The notes beneath the pieces are model-generated. The model saw nothing but the letters and a program-made list of their open reading frames with translations, was not told the DNA's origin and searched no databases. Shown here one piece after another: positions 38,810 to 52,789 of a stretch of DNA of 64,000 nucleotides. Source of the DNA: Chrysomallon squamiferum (taxonomy: Eukaryota; Animalia; Mollusca); the NCBI GenBank assembly GCA_012295275.1, contig CM022672.1:25048001-25112000 (forward strand), in the 5' to 3' direction. The first letter of the stretch is position 1; every line of letters begins with the position of its first letter. Made by a program: the position numbers and the translations under genes.

Positions 38810-38946
38810 TTTTGCTATCATAAATTTTAGACAACCGTACTAAAAATAAACACGTTTTCTGATTCACAAAATTACAATTTTGCTATCATAAATTTTAGAC
38901 AACCGTACTAAAAATAAACATGTTTTCTGATTCACAAAATTACAAA
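38810..38946. repeat. Two-copy ~68-bp tandem duplication in PRRC2 intron 1
   Basis: TTTTGCTATCATAAATTTTAGACAACCGTACTAAAAATAAACAyGTTTTCTGATTCACAAAATTACAA occurs twice. Confidence 0.95.
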
Positions 38947-39829
38947 AGTCAAAGATAACAAATGTTACAATAAAAGCAGTGCCAATACTAAAATGTGTTA
39001 ATGTTTTGTATACTGTTTTGATTAACATAGATTTGTGTTCTTTGTGCAACACAATGTTTTTCTTTTAATTACTTGTATGATTTTTGTGTTTTCATTCATG
39101 TGTTTGAGAACCCTAAGTATAAAAAAGGGCTAAATTTACAAAACTAAATTCTTCTAATCGCCCCCACCATCCCTCAAAAGAAATATATTTTGTAGTTAAC
39201 CTATTTTATGTATTCATAATATATTGGTACCTTTTACAAAAATTCTTCAATTTTCTTTTACCATTACTTTTATATCATATCTTCATTCAAGATTTTCAAC
39301 TAATCTCTTAATTATATTTTAATTTAGAGTTTAGTTTAATTAGTAGCTTTACTCAAATTACTATCGGTTTTTTTTAATTATGTTTTACTGGTAACTGGAT
39401 GCTTTCATCTTTCTCTCACGCATTTGAGGAGTTCAATTTAAATGTAAAAATCTTTCAGCAATGTTACCTAGAATGTAATCGAAGTTATAATCAAATTTGG
39501 ACTGTATTAACGACAAAACTACTAAATTGGAAGAAAAAATGTAGTTTCCGGTTAACATTTTTCGATTTCTCAACTTCGCGTTAATTTTCCTATCTTTCAA
39601 AAAGAATGCATTCATTTATGCATCCATTATTTTAGTATAGTAAACTTGATATAAATACTGATTCTGATTAGACATAATACAATTCTATACAAAGGTCAGT
39701 TCTGTATTGCTGGGATGCTGCTGTTACTTAGTTTTCTGCAATGGAAAAGAGAAACAAAAGACTTGACCTACCCCCCATTCACAAAATACTTATATTTTCA
39801 GTAATAATAAGTAATATAAATATACTTAC

Positions 39830-40022
39830 GCAGGCCCGTTCCCTTGGGTTGTTTGTGGAAATAAACTAGATAATAAATATCACAGAAGCGTTACGGATGG
39901 CTTCTGATTCCGCTGGATTTTTTACGGAATTCCTTGGCGTAAACGTAACACCAAAATGGCGAGCTACATAAATATGTAAATGAGCTTCGGTGATGTCATT
40001 GTTTCCCACATTGCACCGCGAG
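39830..40022 (-). promoter_or_regulatory. PRRC2 non-coding first exon and promoter with YY1 and ZNF143/Staf-like motifs
   Basis: Donor CCTGC|GTAAGT at 39830/39829; AAAATGGCG (YY1 core) at about 39953-39961; TTCCCACATTGCACCGCG at about 40003-40020 fits the Staf/ZNF143 consensus; locally CpG-enriched. Confidence 0.6.
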
Positions 40023-42933
40023 AATCGGGTTAAAGCTTTTGAACCTAATAATAAAAACAATTATCGATAATCACATGGTTATACATTCGAGGAATATTTT
40101 AACTTTCTATTTCAAATTGAAAATAAAATTGTTTAAAGGGAAAATATTCATCAAATATAAATTTGCAAGAATTTAGGAATAGAATAAATTTTGTTTTGTA
40201 ATATATTACTTTACTGTTACTAGTCTAGTGTTAGTGTTAGCAGTCATAAAATATTTAAATGGTTTATAGCAAATCTGAACGACTTATTTCAAAATTAAAC
40301 CATTTCACATAACCTAAGTTAGTCGGGGAAAATTTTATTTCTTTAAAAAAAAATTATATTTTTGTGTTTGGTGTTATTTTGTTACGTTTATTTTAAGTTG
40401 TAATAGTTACTTTTTCTTACATTCTATTAAACACACAGATATATTAAGATGATAAAAATTAAAATAATAATACTAATAAAATATTAGTTGATAATGGCAG
40501 CTTATTGGGTCTTAGTGTTATTTATTGTCAGATTGAGTATTAGATCTGTTTACCCTTCAAACATTTAAATTAATGCATGCCAAAAACTTTGTTTGGACCC
40601 TATAATGCAAGTGTTAGTTCATCATCTTCACCTGAACTGTAAAAGAAATCTTCAAAAAATTCCAGTATTGTTAATTCTTATCAATGAAAATTAGTGAGGA
40701 TTACTGATTTCCAAACCAATTCCATAATATCCTAAGGTTCTGGAAACCCTCTTATTTATTTTAGTTTTATTTGTAACAGGCTGAAAATGTTAATATAAAT
40801 ACTTTGATTAAATTTTGTATAGTCCAGAGCCTGGCAACCACCAACATTTTTTTTTAGTATCCACTTTCAAATATTGCAACTCTTGAATGCCAATCAAATT
40901 CACAATGATTTAAGAATTAATTTATTAAAGTTAAATGATATTTATTAATTATTCATTAAAGTAAAAACTATTTGGTTTCTGAAAGAATAGACAAGACAAA
41001 TAGAACTTCTTCCATCCTGAATTTATTTGTAGATTATAATATAACAGTTTGGCAAAAATCAATAACCCCCTAAAAGGCCAAATGTCCACCACAGCTAGTC
41101 GAACTCTATATTAACACACACACACACACACACATTTCATACACATTTTGAGGAAAACCAGTATTTTATGTGATTTTTTTTTGTTTGTTTGTTTAGAGCC
41201 ACTGAACACAAAACAAATAGGAAAGTAATTAATGATAAATAAAAAAAATTATATATATCTTTAGAAATATTCAGCTGAAACACCAAAATACAGCAGTGTG
41301 GTTTTGGTTGTACTGGTGTACCCTGGAAAAAAAAAAAGGGTAAGAGACACTGTTCCCGACTTTTTGTTTTATGTTCAAAATTACAAAAATGGTTAGAAAT
41401 TCACCGAACACTGATCAGATTAATGCTAGGTTAAGATATGTAGATTTTCTTTCTGTAACTGATAATTTCCCAAATTTTCTGTCCATACTGAAACCAACTT
41501 AAAACATATTGAGCATAATTATACAATCACTTGTTAAAACCTTATTAATGTAGCTCTTTTATTAGTAGTGCAGAACTCATAACCATCACAAATTATTAAC
41601 ATTTATTAATTTGTTTATTACTGAATTGTTTTTTTGTTTTTTTTTTCTTAATAATACATCATATAATACAAATAAAATATATTAAAATTTTCCCTTAAAA
41701 AGGGCAATCTATTTATCAAATTTTTATTAGTGCACAAATTTTACAATAACAAATTTAAATAATTGTTTTTATTCATTAACAAATCTTTTATTTAAGCACA
41801 CACACACGCAAATATTATTCATATTGCACATTGTATTAATCCAGTTACATATAAAATGTCTGTCTTGAAAACACCTATGCTCATTTAGTTTTCACATTTA
41901 GCTCCCCTTTTCCATTCCAATAAATGACTATTAAATGCTGTGTTACTGGTATAGGTGTTTATGTTAGATGGAAAGTGCACATAAAATGCCTTTTACTGTT
42001 TAACACATGAACAGTTTATAGAGATATTTATTTTTTCATCATCATCATTAAACAAGAACTGTACAACCGAATAACTGTTAATTACTGTCATATGTATTAA
42101 TTAAATATTTTGGTATGATTTCTAGTTTCAACTTTGGTTCACTACAAGTACAATTTACAGAACTTCAGTCAAAACTATTTATATGTGCTTCAATTAACAT
42201 ATGTGTATGGTACATAAAACAAGTTACACTTGTTTCAAATCAATAACAATAAAACGGAGAGAGAGAGAAACAGAATGTAAAAGGAAACAAAAGATAATTA
42301 TTTTTTGTGCTGATATTTAATAAATATTAAAATACAAAGAGTTAATTTTTATAATATATTTCTTAACCAAAATATTTAAATTATGTTCAGCCTTTTTCAT
42401 TATCATTTCTTCCAATGTATGTAGAAATAATTTATTTTAAGCACAATTATACTGAACAGAAATTTCAAAAATCAATTTTCGGAACAAACATTCAGCACCA
42501 AAATGTAATGAAATTATATAAGACTAAAATCTTTTATTGACAAAAAACAAAAACAAAAAATAAATAAATAAATAAAACAACAATAAATAAATGGTAAAAT
42601 AATTTGCACCAATAACAATATTGTGAAATGTATTAAAAAATATAATATTAATAGGCAAAGAAAAAAGTTATTATAATTTTTAATGAAAGCTGATCACGGA
42701 TGAGCTGTTGTAAAACACAGTATTAAATGGACGAACAATCAAAAGTAATTACTCTTTAAACATCTGTTAAATATAATTTCAACTTGATGAAGTTTCAAGG
42801 AACAGTTTAAGCATTTCCATTCTTTTATATTTATCATCCTTGCTCTCACTGAGAACTGTTACAGTGAATGCTGTTCTAAAACAATTTTGTCAGTAATCAT
42901 TACAGTTTCTTTTTGATTTCGCACCTCCCTGTG

Positions 42934-44231
42934 CTAGCTGTCAGTGTTTGAAGAAACTGCATTAAAAGCATTTTTCAAATCCATCTTCAGTGATAAAGGC
43001 AAGTCCAGAAGATGAATTGAATTTTTACTGACAAAACTTCTAACAACTTGAATACAGCGCTGTTTCAAAGAATACACTGGAAAAAAAAAAAATAATAAAA
43101 ATAATAATATCTAGAAATTTATTGAAGACATATTTTATGTAATAAACTGTATTAATCCTTACTTCAAGAAAGCAATTTATTAAATATATATAAATTAGCT
43201 TTTCATTTTTAAGCGAAACACTTTTAACAATGAAATCTTGATATAAAAAATAAGTAAATTTTACTTTTTACTTTATTTACCATTATAATTATTATATAAT
43301 CAACATTTCCATGCTTAAAGCAGTTAAAAGACTAATGTTTTGACACAAGCTAGTTTAAACAATTTACTTAAATTTCTGTGCACAAAACTTTAACATGCTG
43401 TTGTAGAAAGTTAAAGTTTTATATTTTTCCTATACAATATTATATCTAGATACCCAGACAATTTACACCTGTAAGAAATTGTTTTGTGCCTGCATGGCTG
43501 TAACTGGACTCTTTTTAAAATGATACAAAAATTGATGTCTTTGAAGTCCGTCAAGTCTTTCATCACAACAATATGAATAGACTTTTATATTTCTTAAATA
43601 AAATTGGTGTATGAAAAAAAAAAAAAACCCTAAACTACAGAAACATTTGCCTCAGTGTAGTTACGGACATGGCATGACAGTAGAATATTTTCAAGATGGA
43701 TGTGTCACCTGACCAGATATACAAGACTTTAAGTACAGCATTGACACTTGCAAAATGTAACCATTTTATGCCACATATCATCTCCAGATATACTTAAAAT
43801 GATCTAGCATTAAAATGCTTTAATACATTTTCTTACAGAATACTTAATATTCAGTATGTAAAATTTTAGGCAAGCAAAATACTAAAATATCAACCTGGTA
43901 TATATATGTTGACAACTTTTCGCTGTGGTGGCCAGCCATCAGCAGCTGTCCAGCCAACTGGTTCGTAAACTTCACGAAGCTGAACCATCAGCCTGTCACC
44001 AGTGTCTGCATCACGAAACACCCACGGGTGTCCAACAAAAGTATTTGCATCAACAAACTGATTAGGCTGCAAAGTTCTGTACTTCACTCTAGCCCCTTCG
44101 TAATTCAGCCAAATGATGTCCACGCGTCTCTGTGTACAGTTAACAAATCTTACAAAGGAATAAACAACTGAGTGTCCTGATTTCAGCCATTTTTGTCCAT
44201 GCACCTCACTGCCTTCTGCCCCTGCAGTCAT
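42934..44231 (-). CDS. VHL: von Hippel-Lindau protein (HIF-alpha E3 ligase substrate receptor)
   Basis: Exon 44231-43895 is the beta domain (LKS..VRFVNCTQRRVDIIWLNYEG..YRTL..NTFVGHPWVFRDADTGDRLMV). Exon 43076-42934 is the alpha domain/BC box (VYSLKQRCIQVVRSFV..LDLPLSLKMDL). Phase-1 GT-AG intron. Confidence 0.95.
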
Positions 44232-45370
44232 TTTGGTAACGTTTTTCAATTCACATCATACTTATTATCTGAAAATATAAATTAAGAATGTGATATTTCC
44301 AGGCAGATATTTATCTATATTTAAAGAATAAAAAGAATAAACTGTACCACAAGAGTAAGGAACAAAAATTCTACCAACAAAAACCAAATATTAAATTCAT
44401 GTATCTTAATTTTGCAAAAAATCTGAGAAGTCAAAACAAAAAATGACTATGAAAGTCTAAAATATTTATAGCAATCATTTCCATTGTTTTATTTAAAAAT
44501 GGATGCAACAGATGATTAGCAAAACAGTGAAAACAGATGGTTAGCCTAAAAAATCCTGATTCAAATTTTGTGTAAATTTGGGGATAATTTTAAGCAGTGA
44601 ATTCCGACTTTTACCTACATTTTATGTTTTTCTTATCATAATTATCAACTAGCAAAAAATGTAATTTAATACAAATTAAAAATAAATACAAATGTAAATA
44701 AACTTATTGAGATATATAATATTTTTTGTAAAATGAAACCATAACTATTTCGAAATGTTGATTATTAAGAAAAAAATACCCACAGAAGACCCTAGAAATA
44801 AAGAAAACAAAACAGAATTCGTATTTTCCTTGGATGCATTCGACAATTCACCAATTGTTTCTAAATAATGACAATGCACATTAATTTTTATGTTTTTTAT
44901 AATAGTTATATATTCAATATTGTTTTAATTTTCATAAAAATATATATCTCTATTAGTCTATATCATTATATATCAGTGCTTAATAATAATATTATCAATA
45001 TTATATAATTTAACATCAGACTTCACTGACAGTGACATCAGTATTAGTACTGTACTATTAGTCTATTATTATCATCACTGAATCACGTGAATCATTGAAT
45101 ACAACTAAAAACATGACGTCGTCATAAGTATCTATTTAATCGCTGTTTACGAAAGTACCTGCAGATACGCATTTATTTATGTGTTCATGACATTGTTTTT
45201 ATTCTTATTGTGGGTCTCGCTTTTTGATAAAATGTCACCTACGTGATTCTCGACAGGTTGAATGCCAAACCTTTCTTTAAAGTTTATACTACTTTCTATA
45301 TATTAGTTCTCGTTAATTTCATTAGGTTTTTACTGAAAAGCACAACCTAAACATAAACTTCAGTTATATC

Positions 45371-45414
45371 AGTCTGTCTGTCTGTCTGTATGTGTATGTG
45401 TGTATGTATGTATG

Positions 45415-45476
<62 letters not shown>

Positions 45477-45518
45477 AATATATACATATATACATAGAGA
45501 GAGATTGATTTAATAATT

Positions 45519-45554
<36 letters not shown>

Positions 45555-45587
45555 GTATATATTATATATATGTATACATATATACAT

Positions 45588-45634
<47 letters not shown>

Positions 45635-45649
45635 TTGAATTATTAAATC
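45371..45649. repeat. Compound microsatellite and ~143-bp (CT)n/(GA)n-armed palindrome between VHL and sulfiredoxin
   Basis: (TA)n run followed by GATTTAATAATTCAATC(TC)nTGTCT..AGACA(GA)nGATTGAATTATTAAATC. Confidence 0.85.
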
Positions 45650-46868
45650 GGAAGATATAAATTACCTAATAAATTTATATGTATTTAGCAAATATTTTAT
45701 TTACCTGATCCATTATCGAAATTAATTTATACTTCATACGGAGATGACACGAACAGGACTCTCCGTACAGTTATGAATCAATGCATTTCTTAAGATTAAC
45801 TGGCACTACGGTTTATAAAAGACCAATATAAAACTAAATATCAAGTCACAACAGTAGGTGAATACTCTGTATTCTGAATACAAAACTCATTTAGCAGTAA
45901 TATTTTACTATTTAATAACAGGTAACAAAAAAGGAAGATATAATTCTCCAATCCATTTATCTTTTTTCTATAAACAGCTAGTAAATCTTCTTCTTCTTCT
46001 TCTTCTTCTTATTATTTTTAATTTCAACCATTCTACCACGCTCTAATCTTTCTCATTTCAAATTTGCATCGCATAATTTTCTCTTTGTTTCTTCTATATA
46101 TATTAGCATCATCATCCATATCAAAATCATAAATATTATCAGCATAATCGCTTTTGTTATTTTCCGCTAACTCGCTCTTGGGTTACAATCTATATATTAA
46201 TATGTATTTATAAATTTGTAATATTTTACAGTAAAGATCCAGAATATATTAAATTTCTGTCAGTCATTTACGAAAGTAAATGAATAAAAACGGAATACAT
46301 ATTTTTTTAAAGTTTTTTTTTTTTTTTTTCGTCGTCGTCGTCGTCGTCGTCGTCATCGTCATCATCATTATCATCATCATCATCATTATTTAAATATTCC
46401 ATATAAGAACGTTCAGGTATTAATTTAATGTTGTCCTAGGTCGCTTCTGTTTTGTTCATACCCTGTCAGCTTTTGTTTAAAAGCTATTTTAATGCAGTAA
46501 TTAAAATATTTTAAATAAAGTGCAAACTGTCCATATAAGCAAAGCAGAGTTAAATAACTAAATAATTAGAAAGATTTAAATTTGTTTTACGTTATTCCAA
46601 ATAGTAAACCGAGACATATAAAATTTAAATTTATTGTTATTTGAGAATTATTATTATTAATATTTTGTTGTTGTTGTTGTTGTTGTTTTCGATGTTTAAT
46701 GCATTTTCTCTAAACGTTGATATGATACTCAACGTGATAATTATATACTGTCTTGTAGAAAATAGTATAAATTCGGAACATTTATTTCCTGTTTATTTCC
46801 CAACCTGTTTATTTGGTGCCCGACTTTAAAGAAGAAAGGTCGATTACTTCAGTCAAGAATTTGTGAAA

Positions 46869-48509
46869 ATGATTGGGACAGTTTTGTTACGGCGTTGCGT
46901 ACAAATTTCTTTAGTGAATCGACGACTTCTTGTTTCACTTCTAAATGCTGCGAAGTCACAAAGAAGTATTTCTTTTTTTCCGGCAATGACGATACGTTCT
47001 AAGACTACGGTCATTAACCCCGATGAACCGCTTACGTTTCCAGAAAATGTGTCACAGAAATTCAGTACCCCCCCTGAAATTCACAACGTTCCGATAAACA
47101 TTTTGATTCGGCCGATTAAAACGGGTGTGAATGACAAGAAAGTGCAATCTCTCATGGAAACGATAATGGTAATGTATATATGTATATATATTTTTTTATT
47201 TAGTTACTTTTGTCTAGAAACTGAGGCGTGTTGGGTACCAATCATATGATGTAAATGAAATGGGACATGCTGGGAGCAAAATAATGAATCATCTTTTTCT
47301 TGGAAGAAAACAAAGAATGAAAGAAATATTTTTAAAAAATATCCAAACAAACAAAAACAACAACAACAAAGCAAAATGCGTAAGGTAAAGGTGTGCCAGA
47401 TGAAAAATATTTGACATCATAGGCTAACAAAATGTTTAATTATATTAATTTAGTTAAAATTCAAATGACCTACATCCATATTTCTAATTCACTTCTTGAA
47501 GGTTAAAATCATTAAAAATGCATCAGTGTCAATTAAATGTACTTCCAAACCATTTTTGTTGTATTATAATTTTCCATAAACTGTAAAGATAATTACTTTC
47601 ATTGTAAGTTATCTTTTGTTTTTAAAGTGAAGTAATGAAAGTCAGTAAATAAATATTAAATTCATTATAATCATAATGATAATCATAATGTGTGCAACCC
47701 AGAATGCTCGCTATATCTGATAACGTCGTAAATAGTTTCTAAAAGCAATAGTAACACTGCTTTTTTATTAACTAATAAATGTAAAGCAGTAAATGTAAAT
47801 TAGTATTTCTAAAATATACGGTAATCTAAACTACTGCTTTACATTTATTAGTTAATCGTATATTTTAGAAATACCAATTTAATTTTTTATGTAAATTAAG
47901 AACAAAGAAAAAAAAAAGGAGGAAAGAAAATAACAACAATAATAATAATATAAAATTGACCACTCAGTATGATTATCCTTAAATACAAGCTATATGTTTT
48001 GAAAATTGTAGTTTTGATGCTAGTGTCATTATTTTTTGGAAATGGTTTTCTAGTAACATTTAATTTTTCTGTAATCTTCTCTTTATCACTGATAAAATAA
48101 TAATAATAATAATAATAATTAATAAATAAACAGTAATAAATAATAAGAAGAAAACATTATTAAAAATTGTGTTAATTCTCTTGATTTAAATTATTTAATA
48201 TTATCCATATTGCCCAAATTTTTTTTAATAATAATAATAATAATAATAATAAAAAGTAAAATAAACTAATAAATTGTTCTTTTTGTTTTGTTCTCACAGG
48301 ATCCTATCACACGAGGTAGTGTGCCACCCATTGATGTTATGTGGATAAAAGGCCGTGAAGGAGGTGACTACTATTTCTCCTTTGGTGGTACTCATCGTTA
48401 TGAAGCATACAAGAGATTGAATATGGAAACCATTCCATGCAGTATTATGAAGTCAAAAGTGGAAGACCTTAAAATCTATTTAGGTAAATCCACACCCGAC
48501 CTGCTGTAA
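46869..48509 (+). CDS. SRXN1: Sulfiredoxin-family protein with Cys-to-Thr at the catalytic position and a basic N-terminal extension
   Basis: Exons 46869-47168 and 48300-48509 (phase 0): [45 protein letters not shown][T][25 protein letters not shown]. Confidence 0.9.
47767..47880. repeat. Interleaved double inverted repeat (A-B-A'-B') in the sulfiredoxin intron
   Basis: A 47767-47791 is the exact reverse complement of 47832-47856 (25/25); B 47797-47820 matches 47857-47880 (23/24). Confidence 0.9.
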
Positions 48510-50523
48510 TATGCTTCATTTGCTGTATGAAGTGTTTGTATCAATCTGTACTATCAAACTAAAACATGGACTTGGGTACTAATCACCTTACTATAATTTT
48601 TATTGGTTATTTTAGTAGCCTGTTTTATTACATATTGTGTGTAGAAATGTCTGTGTTCTATGTTTCGCCTTGTCTCAAACTTCCAAAGATGGTTTATTCA
48701 GATCTTGGAAACGGACAAAATACTGTTAATAGACTGTTACAAAATTGACCATGTATTAATAATATTCGGTAATCACAGTAATTTTTTTTAAAACCAAAGA
48801 TTAGAACGCAAATTGAGATTAAGTTAAAAAGCAACAGTCATCTGAAAATATTTTATTGACTTAATAGATGTAACAGAACCACTTTTGTATATAACGAGAT
48901 TGTTTGTGCTTGTCTGATTAGAGTGCGTGTGAACTGAATAATGTCTGGAGGCCACATTTAGATTATCTATATATGCTACAATCAGTTTATCTTTATAGGA
49001 GTTCGGGTTTTTTAATTCTTACACCTTGTGAATATATTGCTGTGATAAAGTTCCTGAGTTTAGCTAGGTGAGAGTAAAATTAATTTGTGGCTAAGTACTT
49101 CTTTTTCATTCACTTTTTTGTTGAGTATTTGCACTTTCTTTAATTATTCATGCTACTCAAAATAAAAATTCCTGTCAGTTGATCTCATTAATTATTAAGT
49201 TCATTTCATTTTAGCATGCTTAAAATATTCATGTGTATGTTCAGATGTAAAAGTACCAGACAGCTGTTGCCAGGTTTCTGTCTGTTTTATGTGGGTCTGT
49301 ACACAGGTTTCTAATATAATGGACCCTTCATTTTCTGCTACATATATTGTTCAGTCCAAAAACAGAAAAAAAAGTTACAGTTCTGGACAGAATTGAGACT
49401 GAGAGAAAATGACAAATACTTAAATTTGTTTTATAGTATACTACCCTAAAACACATAGACATGCAACATTATTCATATACACAGTTCAGATTCCTGCATT
49501 CTATTCTCGTCCAGCACTTTTTAGCAAGGTTTGTATGATGCCCTGCTGGTTAGGCTAAATTTTAATCTACACTGATTTATGTAAATGTACTTTTTGATTT
49601 TATATTGTTGCTGGTAACATTTGATCAAACAGGAGTCTGGAACTCCAAGTAATAAACAGAAATTGTCTATATGATTAAATAAACCACTTAAATATGTCTC
49701 ACTGAGGAAGATGTTTTATTTTTCAGACTAGCATGTTTTATATTATAAACCAGTAACCGAAGTTGTGCTTTTGAAACCATATTTGTATACTTTAAAGCAT
49801 GTTTATTTTGTATATCAGTTACATCATTGTAAAACAGGTTGTTACTATATCAATCTGTGGAGGACTGACAAGTCATCAGCAAATGTTTTAATTAAGTTTA
49901 AAATACATATTTTATAAATGACTTGTGGAAAAGGTGTTTTTACGCTGAATATAACTTTTTAAAATTTTCAAGGATTGTTAAAATTATATTTTGCATTTTG
50001 GAACACAGTATTTTGGGCTGATGGCATTTAAATCATCGAAATGACAAAATTCCTTCATGGATATTTTGCTCAAACTCAGGTACCTCCATTCACAGTAATA
50101 GTATGAGCAATTTGAACTTGTTAATATAATTATGATATTTAACGATTTAGAATGCTATTTTGTTGATGAAGTTTATAAATTATTAATATTTTAAAAAAGC
50201 TTTGATTGATTTAAAAGGAATCTCCTTTTAATACATTTCTATTGTGTTTGTATGTGTGTGTATTTGTGTTTCGTGTATCTTCCTGTAATACTTAATAATG
50301 TGATCAATTAAGTGAAACAATTGAGTATGGTATAAAGGCCAATAAGGTGTGGACGAGCATTTCTTGTATACAATTTTACCCTACAGTACTTTTTTTTAAT
50401 TATTAATTATTATTATTTTATTTATATCTTTCGAGATTTGAACAATAAAAATGTTTGATAACATCATTTTAGTATTATTTTTGTATTCTATTAGATTACA
50501 TTTGTATTTCTTCTTCTGAAAAT

Positions 50524-50526
50524 TGC

Positions 50527-50566
<40 letters not shown>

Positions 50567-50720
50567 ATATGTATGTGTGTGTGTATGTGTATGTTATGTA
50601 TATACGTGTGTTATACCCATACACACACACATACATACATATATACAGATATAAATGTGTGTATGTGTATATGTATATATATTGTTTTATTTGTACATTA
50701 TATATGTATATATATAATGT
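50524..50720. repeat. Compound (TA)/(TG)/(CA) microsatellite
   Basis: Seen directly; explains the ORFs at 50496-50813. Confidence 0.9.
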
Positions 50721-52789
50721 ACAAATAAAAAATTTAGACTTGAAGGAACATGTCTGACAAAATGCAATTAAAGTATGTACTATCAAATATTTTTGTTTTT
50801 GCACAATTATCAATAATGTTATAGGGATATTTTATAAAACAAACATTTTAAATGGTCATTTCAGCTTCATAAACAACCAAATATGTGTATGATAACTGGT
50901 AAAGCAATGGTTAGTAAACAATGTTAATTATGTTTGAATGAAAGGACAAAAAAAATAATTAGAAGAAAAACAAAAATGTATTTTACAAAAATTCACAACT
51001 ATTATGGTGTGATCCAAATGAACAGCTTCAATGACAGTTTCATTGTGTGTATTATACTGAGCTAAAGACTGTTTAATATTTATAATCGCAACATTAAAAA
51101 AAAAAAATATATGTAAAAGCAACTAGTATACCTTCGGTGATACTTTATTTTCAGAATATATATCTTGAATTTTTTTAATTATTCCAGATTGTATTTGAAG
51201 AATCAGCTTCTGTGATAAAGTAATTAACCAGTAGTGTCATGTTAAACTCTGATACGTAATTTAAAAACTCCCGAGAGACTGAGTAAATCATTGTTAAATT
51301 GCGGTATCCTCAGTCTGTCGAGGTATTTTAAAACAAAATTGTATTAGTTACTACGACCTCTGACATAAAAGTACATCTCGACCTTTACCAAATATTTAAA
51401 TAAAAATTTAAAATCTATCTTTATTCTAATACGTTATTGTTATAAAGAAATTAAATTACCACTTGGAAGTGTTCACGATATATTTAGGCCAACAAACATA
51501 ACCTTTAAATTCTTAAACAAAAAAACCCAAATCCATCTAGGTGAGAGAAAATGCAGCTTTACCCAATATTGTACATTTATTTGTTTGTTTGTTTATTACC
51601 GTAAGAAAGACGAGTTTGTTTAAATATACATCTATGATTATATGCGTTGCTGTTGGGTATTTGTGTAATTTGGCAAGGCCCATTTTAAAGAAAAGAATAT
51701 TCTCCACGTTTGATATTTAAATAAATTCATCTAATAAGAAAATAAGCAAAACTCTAGTGGTTTTCAAATCATATTTTCTTATATAAAAAGATCCCTATTC
51801 TTTAGAGATGAAATAATCGCGAACCTTCTTGTGATACAAATAAACCAGTATTGCAATACCGATCATTACAGTAAGTAAACTGTATATTGACCAGAGAATA
51901 TTGTTTAACAATAGTGTGAATTAAAATATTTTAAAAATAAAACAAATAACAAATGTATCAGTCTTAAGTATTTCGAAATAATACGTTATAAAGGCCTCAC
52001 TGGACAACTAAAATCTCATTTTCAAAAAGTTCTTAAACAGAAGTAGAATTTATCCCGTCTTAATTATCTTACTCTCGGACACCCTGTAACAAAATTATTT
52101 CCTTCATTTGTCCATGGGCTATTAAGTAACAAAATGCATACCACAGCTTTTTAACAGGCAGCTCGGAAGGCGGGAAAGAGTCCGTTTGTCTGCGCCGAAT
52201 AAGACCGATCCTTCAACGGATAATTATTGTCTTAGAACATTTTAACCAGGGTCTGACTTAATTTTCGACCCACCCTTTGTTCGAATATTCAGTTCGAATA
52301 TCAGATGCTGACATTTTGCTTTTGTATTGTTTGTACGTACACGAAGGTAATTTCAGACTACTGTTTCGGTTCAAGAATGGTTTATGGGAAAACAATTTCT
52401 GTTATACGCAATACCCATATTCACCCTAACTCGTTAGAAAAGGTTACAAACTGTTTTCCGAAATATGATACTTAAAATATGGCGATTTTAGAATTAGTTT
52501 GGTAATCTGAATGTGGCAAGAATGTTTCGCCTTCATTTAAAAAGGCAAATTTTGTTTTATTCCTCTGTTTTCTTTTAAAATGCTTCACATGCCAATCAGA
52601 GATATAGACAGATTTTTGGTTACTGATGTTTGTAACATCTTACAAAGATGCCATTTATACTTTATAGTTATTATTCTTGCAATAATTACATGCTTTTATG
52701 TTTCTTTGAAAATAACGTATTATCTAGTACATCATCTATTAAAATATTTGCATTATCTCCCTTATTAGCCGAACAGCTAATAATACCTA

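Noticed and set aside
48390-48392. Selenocysteine or editing explanation for the missing sulfiredoxin Cys
   Set aside because: The codon is ACT, not TGA, and A-to-I editing would give Ala, not Cys.
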